A stretch of 64,000 bases of DNA from NCBI GenBank assembly GCA_903875465.1, contig CAIQWB010000033.1:7271-71270 (forward strand), written 5' to 3'. The notes beneath the pieces were generated by a model. It worked only from the letters and a program-made list of their open reading frames with translations. It ran no database searches and had not been told where the DNA came from. The DNA comes from an uncultured Verrucomicrobia subdivision 3 bacterium (GTDB lineage: Bacteria; Verrucomicrobiota; Verrucomicrobiia; Limisphaerales; UBA11358). Made by a program: the position numbers and the translations under genes. This document shows positions 9,848 through 18,503 of the stretch, in pieces (position 1 is the first letter of the stretch; the number at the start of each line of letters is the position of its first letter).

Positions 9848-11284
9848 TTACCGGCTGGGGCAGTCGGGGAAGCCGGAATAGTAGCGGCAGAAGGAATCCA
9901 GCTTGCCATCCGGCCGGATCACATGGGTGCAGCAGCGATCAATCCGGTCATCGTCCCAAGTCTGGGCATCCATGAAGGGCTTGATGAAGAGGCGGAAGGT
10001 GTGGGATTCATCGAGTTCAAATTCCTTGAGCAATTCGCCCAGGGGTTCGGATTCGCAACCGCAGCGCATGAGGTCCTCCAGTTTGTAGCGCACTTTGGTG
10101 CTGAGAAACCCCTGCACGTTTTTGAAGTCCACAAACTCACTCACCGACCGCACCCGGCCATCCACCTTGAGGAGATAGCCGATGGTGGCGCAATTGGGGT
10201 CGCCGCAGGGCAGCGGGGTGAAATCCTCAAACCGCAACCGGCCCTGGGACTGGCCGACGGCGGCCAGGATAATATCCGCCGTATTCAACCGGGCGGGCGC
10301 GGGCGGGCCCGGCTTGGCCAGGGTTGGAATCCGCCCGCTGGTGATCACGGGTTGAAACGAGATGCCGCGCACGTGCGGCCAGTTCAAGGCAAAGGCGGTG
10401 GTTTCCCAAATATACGGCAGATTCTCCGGGGTAACGGTCATCGCGAGCGTCACCGGCAGGTTCATTTCCCGGCAGCGCACGAGGCAGCGTTCGCGGAGGC
10501 CGCGCAGGTCGGCACCGCGCAGGGCCTTTTGGGCGGCTTCCTGGATGCCGTCAAATTGCAGGTACAACTGAAAGGCTCCATAGCGAAACGCAGCGCCGAG
10601 TTGGGTGGCGAAGGCCTCGTCGCTGACGATGCGGAGGCCGTTGGTGTTTAGCAGCACATAATCAATTTGGGGATGATCCTGCAACCAGCGCAGCAATTCG
10701 AAAAATTGCGGGTGCAAGGTGGGTTCGCCCCCGGATAATTGCAGAATCTCAATGCCGCCTTTGCGGTCGATCACCCCCTGGATCCGGCGCTGGATGTCGG
10801 CGAGCGGCACGGCGTCAACGTGGGCCCCGGTGCCGGGGGGCGAGTCGGCGTAGCAGGTGGGACAGGTGAGATTGCAGGAATTAACGATCTCAATCAAACA
10901 GAGGCAGGTGGCGAGTTTTTCCATGACACCCAAGGCCTCGCCGGGGGCGGCATTGCGGCCGAGGGTGCCGGCCACGGAACCATCGGAGGCGCAGCAAGCG
11001 GCTCCGGAAATGGCCGGCGAACCACAACCGCCGGCGCGATTGGCATCTTTGCCTTGAGCCAGCCAGTAAAACCGGGCATCGGAGGCGATGCACGTGGCCG
11101 CTTCGCCATGGGTGGGACAGGTCCGCTTGAGCCAGACTTTCGATGGCACCCCGCCCGTGCGCCAGACTTCGGCGGGACAGGAGACGTGGCAGACGGGACA
11201 GCGCGAAATAGTGCGCTTGAGGAGCTTGTCCACCAAGTGGATTTTATCCTCCGGGCGAGGCGGGATGAAGTTGGCAGAGGTCAT
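9848..11284 (-). CDS. Radical SAM enzyme, MJ0619/Tes-like architecture
   Basis: It has the CX3CX2C motif CNLTCPTCY and the SGGEPTLHP segment. An N-terminal CPVC...CPTHG metal knuckle is present. The C-terminal half is Cys-rich (PLPCGDPNC, RCGCES, DRCCTH, FCRYY). Confidence 0.85.
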   Translation of the reverse strand: MTSANFIPPRPEDKIHLVDKLLKRTISRCPVCHVSCPAEVWRTGGVPSKVWLKRTCPTHGEAATCIASDARFYWLAQGKDANRAGGCGSPAISGAACCASDGSVAGTLGRNAAPGEALGVMEKLATCLCLIEIVNSCNLTCPTCYADSPPGTGAHVDAVPLADIQRRIQGVIDRKGGIEILQLSGGEPTLHPQFFELLRWLQDHPQIDYVLLNTNGLRIVSDEAFATQLGAAFRYGAFQLYLQFDGIQEAAQKALRGADLRGLRERCLVRCREMNLPVTLAMTVTPENLPYIWETTAFALNWPHVRGISFQPVITSGRIPTLAKPGPPAPARLNTADIILAAVGQSQGRLRFEDFTPLPCGDPNCATIGYLLKVDGRVRSVSEFVDFKNVQGFLSTKVRYKLEDLMRCGCESEPLGELLKEFELDESHTFRLFIKPFMDAQTWDDDRIDRCCTHVIRPDGKLDSFCRYYSGFPDCPSR

Positions 11285-11296
11285 AATATTAGGTGG

Positions 11297-11716
11297 TCAA
11301 AAGCGCCCATGCAAAATGCCCGCCCCCGAGGCACAACCCAAAAAGGAGAGAAAGAACGTAAGGGCAAATAATCCAAGAAGAATCACCAAACTGAGGAACT
11401 GGCGTTTCATACCAGCCGCTTGCACACGGGCCATGATCATGCGGGAGCAGACAATGGCGGAACAAATGCCGCCCACGAGAGTAAATAAAATGGGGAAAAT
11501 GAGGGAGTTGAAGGCTACGGAAATGAAATTACCAATGGCCGGGGTAAAAAAAATGACAAAGAACAGTGGCCAGTTGGTTTTACCAGCATTCAAAACCACC
11601 GGCGGAGGATTGGCTGGAGCGGCCAGGGCTTGATGGCAAAAGGGACAGTCGCTCCCCACCTCGCCAACGAGCAAGGGCCGGGCGCAGTGCGGGCATGTGG
11701 GTTCCTCAGGGCTCAT
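11297..11716 (-). CDS. Zinc-ribbon membrane protein (139 aa)
   Basis: N-terminal CPHC-x13-CPFC zinc ribbon followed by about 4 hydrophobic helices. It lies 12 nt upstream of the radical SAM gene. Confidence 0.55.
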   Translation of the reverse strand: MSPEEPTCPHCARPLLVGEVGSDCPFCHQALAAPANPPPVVLNAGKTNWPLFFVIFFTPAIGNFISVAFNSLIFPILFTLVGGICSAIVCSRMIMARVQAAGMKRQFLSLVILLGLFALTFFLSFLGCASGAGILHGRF

Positions 11717-11859
11717 ATAGTTTCATTTCACAGTAAACACATTTAATGGCGCGGCAAGCGAATGTTTCATGCCATTATTTAACTCCACTTGCGCCCGGAC
11801 GGTGAATTGATAAAACTGGACGCAGCATCGTTTGCCTCAATGCCCAATCCCTAAACAAC

Positions 11860-12732
11860 ATGAATGTTCATCATCTCGAATTATTTTATTACGTGGCGAA
11901 GCATGGCGGGATCATGCCAGCCGTGCGGAATATACCCTATGGCATCCAGCAACCGGCGGTCAGTGCGCAGGTTTCGGAGCTGGAGGAATTTCTGGGGGTG
12001 ACCCTGTTTCAGCGGCGGCCGTTTGAGCTTACCCCGGCGGGCGCGCGACTGTATGAATTCATCCATCCCTTCTTTGGGAATCTGGACAAGCTGACGAATG
12101 AATTGCAGGGGGGTCAGGCCCGCCACATCCGCGTGGGTGCCTCGACCATTGTGCTGCGGGATCATGTGCCGCAGTTGCTGCGCGGCTTGCGCAAAAAATT
12201 CCCCGCGCTGAAGGTGTCGTTTCGCGAAGGCTTCCCAGCCCAGTTTTTCACCATGCTGGAGCAGGATGAAATTGATGTGGCGATCACGCTGATTGAGAAA
12301 AAAATCCCGGCGGGTCTGCAATCCCTCGCTTTGTTGGAATTGCCGCTGGTGTTGCTCGTGGAAAAAACCAGTCGCTATAAATCCGCCGAGGAGTTGTGGG
12401 CGCAGGACAAGATTGAGGAATCGCTGATCTGCCTGCCCCCGGCGGAATCCCCGTCGCGCTTGTTTCTCCAGCAATTGCACAAGCGCAAGGTGGACTGGTT
12501 TCCCGGAATTGAGGCGAGTTCGACGGATCTGATCGAAACCTACGTGGCGAACGGCCTGGGGATTGGGCTCTCGGTGGCGATTCCCCGGAAAGCGTTTCCC
12601 GCCAATGTGCGGGTGCTGCCACTGGCGGGGTTTCCGACCATCACGATTGGAGCCTTATGGCGCGGCAAGAAGACCCTGCTGGTGGAGGCCTTTTTGGCTG
12701 AATCACGGTCGCAGGCCATCGCGCTGGGGTAA
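11860..12732 (+). CDS. LysR-family transcriptional regulator
   Basis: N-terminal wHTH typical of LysR (MNVHHLELFYYVAKHGGIMPAVRNIPYGIQQPAVSAQVSELEEFLGVTLFQRR) and a substrate-binding-type C-terminus. It is divergent from the radical SAM operon. Confidence 0.85.
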   Translation: MNVHHLELFYYVAKHGGIMPAVRNIPYGIQQPAVSAQVSELEEFLGVTLFQRRPFELTPAGARLYEFIHPFFGNLDKLTNELQGGQARHIRVGASTIVLRDHVPQLLRGLRKKFPALKVSFREGFPAQFFTMLEQDEIDVAITLIEKKIPAGLQSLALLELPLVLLVEKTSRYKSAEELWAQDKIEESLICLPPAESPSRLFLQQLHKRKVDWFPGIEASSTDLIETYVANGLGIGLSVAIPRKAFPANVRVLPLAGFPTITIGALWRGKKTLLVEAFLAESRSQAIALG

Positions 12733-12894
12733 GGGTTCGCCGCCGGAAAACCTGGAGCACCGCCGGCCCGTGCATGCCTCGATTACCCAACCAAATGGAA
12801 ATGACCCGCCAATTGGTAAAAACCCGACCGAATCACTCATAATAACACAGCGAGGACTTGAGCCCGCCGGACTTCCGCGTTAACTTCCCCGCCC

Positions 12895-13875
12895 ATGAGC
12901 AACACTCTCGACGAACAGGTCCAGGCCGCCTTTAGCTGGATCAAAGCTTTGCGCAGTGAAATCGGCCAGGTGATTGTGGGCCAGGAACAATTGGTGGACC
13001 GCCTGCTGGTCGGCCTCCTGGCCAATGGGCACGTGCTGCTGGAAGGCGTTCCCGGCCTGGCCAAGACCATGTCCGTCCGCTCGCTCGCTTCCGCCATCGA
13101 CGCCACCTTTCACCGCATCCAGTTTACCCCCGACCTGCTGCCGGCGGACATCGTGGGCACGTTGATTTATAGTCCGCAAGACGGCAAATACCACGCCACC
13201 CGCGGCCCGGTCTTCGCCAACCTGCTGCTGGCCGATGAAATCAACCGCGCCCCGGCCAAGGTGCAATCCGCCTTGCTCGAAGCCATGCAGGAACGCCAGG
13301 TCACCCTGGGTGGCGAAACTCTCCCCCTGCCCTCCCCCTTCCTGGTGCTGGCCACCGAAAACCCCATTGACCAGGAAGGCACCTATCCCCTGCCCGAGGC
13401 GCAAGTGGACCGGTTCATGTTCAAAGTGCTGCTGGATTACCCCTCCTTTGCCGAGGAACGCAAAATTCTGGACCGCATGGCCTTCACCACCTCGGAAATC
13501 AAAATCAAACCGGTGGTGACCCTGGAGGAAATCCTGCGCACCCGCAAAATCGTGGATCAAATCCATGTGGACGAAAAGGTGCGTGACTACATCGTGCACG
13601 TGGTCTTCGCCACCCGGCAGCCGGAGAAATACAAATTGGAGCTGAAACATTTCATTCAATACGGCGCTTCGCCCCGCGCCACGATTAATCTCACGCTCGC
13701 AGCCAAAGCCTGGGCACTGTTGCAAGGCCGTTCGTATGTCACGCCCGAGGACGTCAAGAGCATCGGCCCGGATGTGTTGCGCCACCGCATCATTCTCACG
13801 TACGAAGCCGAGGCGCAAGGGGTGACCACAGACAGTATTATTCAAAAGATTTTCAACGCCGTGGTGGTGCCGTAA
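12895..13875 (+). CDS. MoxR-family AAA+ ATPase
   Basis: Walker A-region LLEGVPGLAKT, Walker B LLADEINRAPAKVQSALLEAMQE, and the FxVLATENPIDQEGTYPLPEAQVDRF segment typical of MoxR. Confidence 0.9.
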   Translation: MSNTLDEQVQAAFSWIKALRSEIGQVIVGQEQLVDRLLVGLLANGHVLLEGVPGLAKTMSVRSLASAIDATFHRIQFTPDLLPADIVGTLIYSPQDGKYHATRGPVFANLLLADEINRAPAKVQSALLEAMQERQVTLGGETLPLPSPFLVLATENPIDQEGTYPLPEAQVDRFMFKVLLDYPSFAEERKILDRMAFTTSEIKIKPVVTLEEILRTRKIVDQIHVDEKVRDYIVHVVFATRQPEKYKLELKHFIQYGASPRATINLTLAAKAWALLQGRSYVTPEDVKSIGPDVLRHRIILTYEAEAQGVTTDSIIQKIFNAVVVP

Positions 13876-13911
13876 ATCGCCATTGCCAGCCCCAAGTTAG
13901 TTTCAAACCCC

Positions 13912-14814
13912 ATGACCCTCAGTGACATTCTTGCCTCGGTTCGCCGCGTGGAAGTGCGCACCAACCGGCTCGTGAATGACATGATGGTGGGAGCCTATCT
14001 CAGCCGCTTCAAGGGGCGCGGCATGGACTTCGAGGAATTGCGCGAATACATGCCGGGTGACGACGTGCGCAACATCGACTGGAATGTCACCAACCGCATG
14101 GGCCGGCCGTTCGTCAAACGCTATCGCGAGGAACGCGAGCTCTCAGTGGTGCTGGCCGTGGATGTGTCGGCTTCCTCGGCGTTTGGTTCCCTGCGCCGCA
14201 CCAAGCGGGAATTCGCCGTGGAAATCGCCGCCACCCTCGCCGTTTCCGCCGCCCGCAGCAGTGACAAAGTGGCCCTGCTGCTGTTCTCCGACCAGATGGA
14301 ATTATACATTCCGCCCCGCAAAGGTCGGCGCCACATTTTGCGCATCGTCCGGGAAATGCTCACCTTCGAACCGAAGCATCGCGGCACCAGCATTCCGACG
14401 GCTATGACGTTTTTAAACCATGTGTTGCGCCGGCGGGCCATTGTATTTTTGCTGACGGATTTTCTCCACAGCTTTGGGGAGTCGGCGAGCCGCGATGTCA
14501 TCCAGGAATTGGGGCTGATCAACGCGCACCACGATCTCGTGTGCCTGCATCTGCATGACCCCCGGGAAAGTGAATTGCCCAATGCCGGTTTACTCACCGT
14601 GGAAGATGCCGAAACGGGGGAACTGCTCGAATTGGATTCGGGCCGGACCGGCGTGCGGGAACAGTTTGCCCGCACGAATGCCGAACGCCTCGGCGAGCTG
14701 GATCGGGCGTTCAACCGCGCCGGCGTGGACACGTTGAGCTTCAGCACCGCCGACAACTTTGCGCCCGTGTTACAACATTTCTTCGAGACCCGCCGGGGCA
14801 GGAGGCGCGGATGA
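13912..14814 (+). CDS. DUF58 domain protein (MoxR partner)
   Basis: DUF58 hallmark segment EELREYMPGDDVRNIDWNVTNRMGRPFVKRYREE. It occupies the position after moxR. Confidence 0.85.
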   Translation: MTLSDILASVRRVEVRTNRLVNDMMVGAYLSRFKGRGMDFEELREYMPGDDVRNIDWNVTNRMGRPFVKRYREERELSVVLAVDVSASSAFGSLRRTKREFAVEIAATLAVSAARSSDKVALLLFSDQMELYIPPRKGRRHILRIVREMLTFEPKHRGTSIPTAMTFLNHVLRRRAIVFLLTDFLHSFGESASRDVIQELGLINAHHDLVCLHLHDPRESELPNAGLLTVEDAETGELLELDSGRTGVREQFARTNAERLGELDRAFNRAGVDTLSFSTADNFAPVLQHFFETRRGRRRG

Positions 14815-15494
14815 AAAGCCCATCGGTTTTATTGGTCGTGGCCAAAACCAATCTGGCCCGGGTCGCCCAGGTTTTGGCATTCAGGCAAGGGGGTTTCCCA
14901 AGCGTTGTAAAGATCCTGCTGGCCGGCACGATCATGTTTACCCTGGCCGCCCGCGGCCAGGATGATCCCACTGAAATCCCCAAAATTCATCCGCTGCACG
15001 CGGAACTCCCGCCCACTTTTTGGGAAATGCACAGCCATGCGATCCTCTTGGTCACTCTGTTGCTCGCCGCTGTGGTTGCCACCGTCATCTGGTTTTGGAC
15101 CCGGCCGCAGCCCGCAGTAATCACGCCACCGGAGGTGCAGGCCCGCACGGCACTGGCCGCGCTGCCAATCTTGCTTGCCGAGGGGGATCGCTTGAGCCGC
15201 ATCTCCCATATCGTCCGCCGGTATATTCAGCAGGCGTTTGATTTGCCCCGCACCGAGTTGAACACCACGGAATTTTGCCAGCTCATCGCCACGCAGGCGC
15301 AGGTGGGGCCGCAGTTGGCGGCGGCCCTGGCGGAATTCATGCGCGAGAGCGATCGCCGTAAATTTTCCCGGTCCACGGCCACGGCGGCCGAGGTTAACCC
15401 CGTCACCCAAGCCCTGGCCCTGATTGAGCAAAGTGAAGCCCGCCGGGCCGAACTGCGCGCCCAGGCCGCTGCCGCCCCAAAACCCACGGCATGA
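14811..15494 (+). CDS. DUF4381-like membrane protein of the Bat operon
   Basis: ATGA overlap with DUF58. It has a single central TM (AILLVTLLLAAVVATVIWFW) and takes the typical position between DUF58 and BatA. Confidence 0.6.
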   Translation: MKSPSVLLVVAKTNLARVAQVLAFRQGGFPSVVKILLAGTIMFTLAARGQDDPTEIPKIHPLHAELPPTFWEMHSHAILLVTLLLAAVVATVIWFWTRPQPAVITPPEVQARTALAALPILLAEGDRLSRISHIVRRYIQQAFDLPRTELNTTEFCQLIATQAQVGPQLAAALAEFMRESDRRKFSRSTATAAEVNPVTQALALIEQSEARRAELRAQAAAAPKPTA

Positions 15495-16531
15495 GCGGCC
15501 ATTTGCAATTTCAATATCCGTGGGTGCTGACCCTGCTGGCCTTGTTGCCAGTTTATGCCGTGCTCTGCGGTCGCACCGGCCGCCAGTCGGCCGTGCAATT
15601 TTCCAGTGCGGACATTGTCCGGGCCGCGGGGGCCACGGTGCGGAGTGCGGCCGGACGCTGGCGGTTATTCTTGCGCTTGCTGGTGGTGGCCTTGGGCATC
15701 ATCGCCCTCGCCGGTCCGCGCTTTGCCAACGAACACACGGAAACCAGCACCACCGGCGTGGATATCATGCTGTGCCTGGATCTGTCCTGGTCCATGGAAG
15801 CCCAGGACATGGCGGGACCGAACGAGCGCGTTTCCCGTTTCGACATTGCGCGCGATACCCTGGAGGATTTCATTCAAAAACGGCCCAATGACCGCCTGGG
15901 CTTGATCGCGTTTTCGGCGGTGCCCTATGTGGTCAGTCCGCTGACCCTCAACCATGACTGGCTGATCCAAAATCTCAACCGGCTGCACGTGGGCCTGATT
16001 CGGGACCTTGGCACCGCGATTGGCGATGCCGCGGCCAGTGCCGCCAAACGACTGAGCAATGTGAAGGATGCCAAAAGTCGCATTATTATTTTGCTGACCG
16101 ATGGCGATAATAACGCCGGCTCCATTGACCCGGTGCCCGCCGCCCAACTGGCGGCGGCGCTCGGTGCCAAAGTCTACACCATTGGCATCGGCATTGAAAA
16201 ACCCTGCAACCTGCCGCAGTTTAACCCGGACACGGGTCAGTTGATTCTCGACCCCATGGGCAATATTATTCCCGCGATGACGTTGCAACCGGCCAACTAT
16301 ACCGTGCTCGGAAAAATGGCCGGCTTGTCGCGCGCCAAATTTTACCGGGCCACCAATCGGGCGGAACTGCAAAGCATTTATGCCGATATTGACCGGCTGG
16401 AAAAAACCGAGGTGAAGCTGCGGCGTTACTCGGTCTACACTCCCTTGTTTCAATGGCCTTTGCTGGCCGCCCTGGGCCTGCTGGCGCTGGAACAGATCCT
16501 CAGCCACACCCGGTTCCGTCGCGTGCCATGA
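15491..16531 (+). CDS. batA: VWA domain protein BatA
   Basis: ATGA overlap upstream. N-terminal TM, and a VWA MIDAS segment (DIMLCLDLSWSM). The C-terminal TM is typical of BatA. Confidence 0.85.
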   Translation: MSGHLQFQYPWVLTLLALLPVYAVLCGRTGRQSAVQFSSADIVRAAGATVRSAAGRWRLFLRLLVVALGIIALAGPRFANEHTETSTTGVDIMLCLDLSWSMEAQDMAGPNERVSRFDIARDTLEDFIQKRPNDRLGLIAFSAVPYVVSPLTLNHDWLIQNLNRLHVGLIRDLGTAIGDAAASAAKRLSNVKDAKSRIIILLTDGDNNAGSIDPVPAAQLAAALGAKVYTIGIGIEKPCNLPQFNPDTGQLILDPMGNIIPAMTLQPANYTVLGKMAGLSRAKFYRATNRAELQSIYADIDRLEKTEVKLRRYSVYTPLFQWPLLAALGLLALEQILSHTRFRRVP

Positions 16532-17556
16532 TGAACTTCGCCCATCCGCATTTTGCCGAACCCCGCTGGCTGTGGCTGGCGGTGCTGGGGCCGTTGCTGT
16601 TGCTCGCCTTGCAACGGTATTCCGCGGCGGCCCGGCAACGACAGTTGGCCCGCGTGGCTTCGCCGCATTTTCTGGGCGAGCTCACCCGGTCCCACAGCCC
16701 CGGACGGCGCGCGGTAAAGGAAGGGCTGGTCTTGTTGGTCGTGGCGGCCCTGGGTCTGGCCCTGGCACGTCCACAATGGGGGGAGCAGCCTCTGGCCGAG
16801 CAGCAACTGGCGGGCGAGGACATCATGTTTGTGCTGGATTGTTCCCACAGCATGTGGTCCACCGATGTCGCCCCCAACCGGTTTGAGCGGGTCCGGTTGT
16901 CCCTGCTGGATTTTGTACAGCACCGGAGCGGCGGGCGGGTGGGGCTGGTGGCGTTCAGCGGCGAGGCCTTTTTGCAATGCCCGCTGACGTTTGATTATGC
17001 GGCCTTTGCGGATGCCCTCCGGGACATGGATGACAAAACCATCGCGGTGCCTGGAACGGATATTGGCGGGGCCCTCGCTGAATCCGTTAAGACCATGGAA
17101 CGCGACAGCCGCCACAAAGTGGTGGTCTTGCTTACTGACGGGGAGGACCTTGAACGCGGTGGGGTGGACCAAGCAGTGAAACTCGCCAAACAGGGCGTGG
17201 TAATTTACACCATTGGCGTGGGCACCCCGGCGGGATCGGAAATCCAAATGCTTGATGAGCGGGGCCAGCGAACCCTCCTGCGCGACAAGGATGGCCAGGT
17301 GGTGCGGAGTCATCTGGATGAAAACACCCTGCGGGAGATTGCGCGGACCACGGGGGGCAATTATTTCCCCTTGGGGTCCTTGGGTGACGGCATTTCCCAT
17401 GTGAAAGCGGCAGTCACCGCCATGACCGCGCGCGCGGATGCCGCCCGGGCGAGCAAACTGGGGGTGGATCGGTTTCATGTCCCCGTGGCCCTGGCCTTGC
17501 TGGGGTTGGTGGGCGAATCCTTGATCACCACCCGTCGGCGAAAGGTGAACCCATGA
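16528..17556 (+). CDS. batB: VWA domain protein BatB
   Basis: The ATG at 16528 overlaps the batA stop (ATGA). The MIDAS segment is DIMFVLDCSHSM, and a C-terminal TM is present. The ORF-track start at 16453 is an in-gene extension. Confidence 0.85.
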   Translation: MMNFAHPHFAEPRWLWLAVLGPLLLLALQRYSAAARQRQLARVASPHFLGELTRSHSPGRRAVKEGLVLLVVAALGLALARPQWGEQPLAEQQLAGEDIMFVLDCSHSMWSTDVAPNRFERVRLSLLDFVQHRSGGRVGLVAFSGEAFLQCPLTFDYAAFADALRDMDDKTIAVPGTDIGGALAESVKTMERDSRHKVVVLLTDGEDLERGGVDQAVKLAKQGVVIYTIGVGTPAGSEIQMLDERGQRTLLRDKDGQVVRSHLDENTLREIARTTGGNYFPLGSLGDGISHVKAAVTAMTARADAARASKLGVDRFHVPVALALLGLVGESLITTRRRKVNP

Positions 17557-18503
17557 TGGTGCGCGCGCTTTACCATCAATTCCGCTGGACCTTGCGACTG
17601 GGCGGCTGGGCCGTGCTGGTGTTGGGCGGCAGCCTGGTCTTGCCGGCCGAAACCGCCCCGCCGCTCCCAGCGGGGGCCACACCCCGGGACTGGTATAATG
17701 CCGGCACCGTGGAATTGCGGGCCGGCAAATTGGCGGAAGCCGAAGAGTTGTTGCAAAATTCGGTCGGCAGCCAGGTTGCCCCCATCCAGCCTTTAGCCCT
17801 GTATAATTTGGGCTGTGTGCGCGTGGCGCAAGGAACCGATCTCTTAAAAAAGAGCCCGGATGGCACGGGCCGGGCCAATCCCGACCACGTGGAAATGCTG
17901 GCCGGCCTGGCCGACGACGCCAGCCGCCGGATTGACGAGGCAATTGCCAGTGAGAACGAGCAAAAAATGATCTCCGCTTACTTGCGGGGCGGCGGGGTGC
18001 GCCGGGAGATTAATGCGGCCACCAAGGCGGTTCATCAGGCCTTGGAATCGAAGAAACAGGTGCTGGCCAAATGGCAGCGGGCCGCCGGCGATTTTCGCAG
18101 CGCGGCCGAATTGCACCCGGCCGATGGGGACGCCACCTTCAATGCCAACGCCACCGAAAAGGCCATTGCCGCGTTGATTGACAAACTGAATCAACTCGAG
18201 CGGGCGGGCAATAAGATGAAGGCGGCCGGCAAACAACTGGGGGATAAACTCAAACAATTGAAAGGCATGATGCCCATGCCCAACATGCCGCCAGGTGCGC
18301 CCGGGGAGGATGACGAGGAGGACATGCCGGGCATGCATCCCGGGGAAAAAGAGGGCGCGGGAAAAACCGGCGACGAAATGAAAATTTCGCCCGAGGAGGC
18401 CGCCCAACTCCTCGCCGGTTTCAAACTGAGTGGCGAACACCGGCTGCCGCTCGGCAAGGAAGGCACGAGCAAACCCCAAGATCGGAAAGGTAAAACGTGG
18501 TAA
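17553..18503 (+). CDS. TPR/coiled-coil protein BatC-like
   Basis: ATGA overlap upstream, a signal/TM N-terminus and a TPR-like segment (YNAGTVELRAGKLAEAEELL...ALYNLGCVRVAQG). The C-terminus is charged and Lys/Glu-rich. Confidence 0.65.
   Translation: MMVRALYHQFRWTLRLGGWAVLVLGGSLVLPAETAPPLPAGATPRDWYNAGTVELRAGKLAEAEELLQNSVGSQVAPIQPLALYNLGCVRVAQGTDLLKKSPDGTGRANPDHVEMLAGLADDASRRIDEAIASENEQKMISAYLRGGGVRREINAATKAVHQALESKKQVLAKWQRAAGDFRSAAELHPADGDATFNANATEKAIAALIDKLNQLERAGNKMKAAGKQLGDKLKQLKGMMPMPNMPPGAPGEDDEEDMPGMHPGEKEGAGKTGDEMKISPEEAAQLLAGFKLSGEHRLPLGKEGTSKPQDRKGKTW

Noticed and set aside
9701-10651. 316-aa plus-strand ORF antisense to the radical SAM gene
   Set aside because: Antisense shadow ORF. 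The minus-strand frame carries unambiguous radical SAM motifs.
12880-13845. 321-aa minus-strand ORF antisense to moxR
   Set aside because: Antisense shadow ORF. The plus-strand frame has Walker A/B motifs and the MoxR signature.
16450-17943. 497-aa minus-strand ORF spanning batB/batC
   Set aside because: It has Pro/Arg/Gly-rich low-information composition and lies antisense to two motif-supported VWA/TPR genes.
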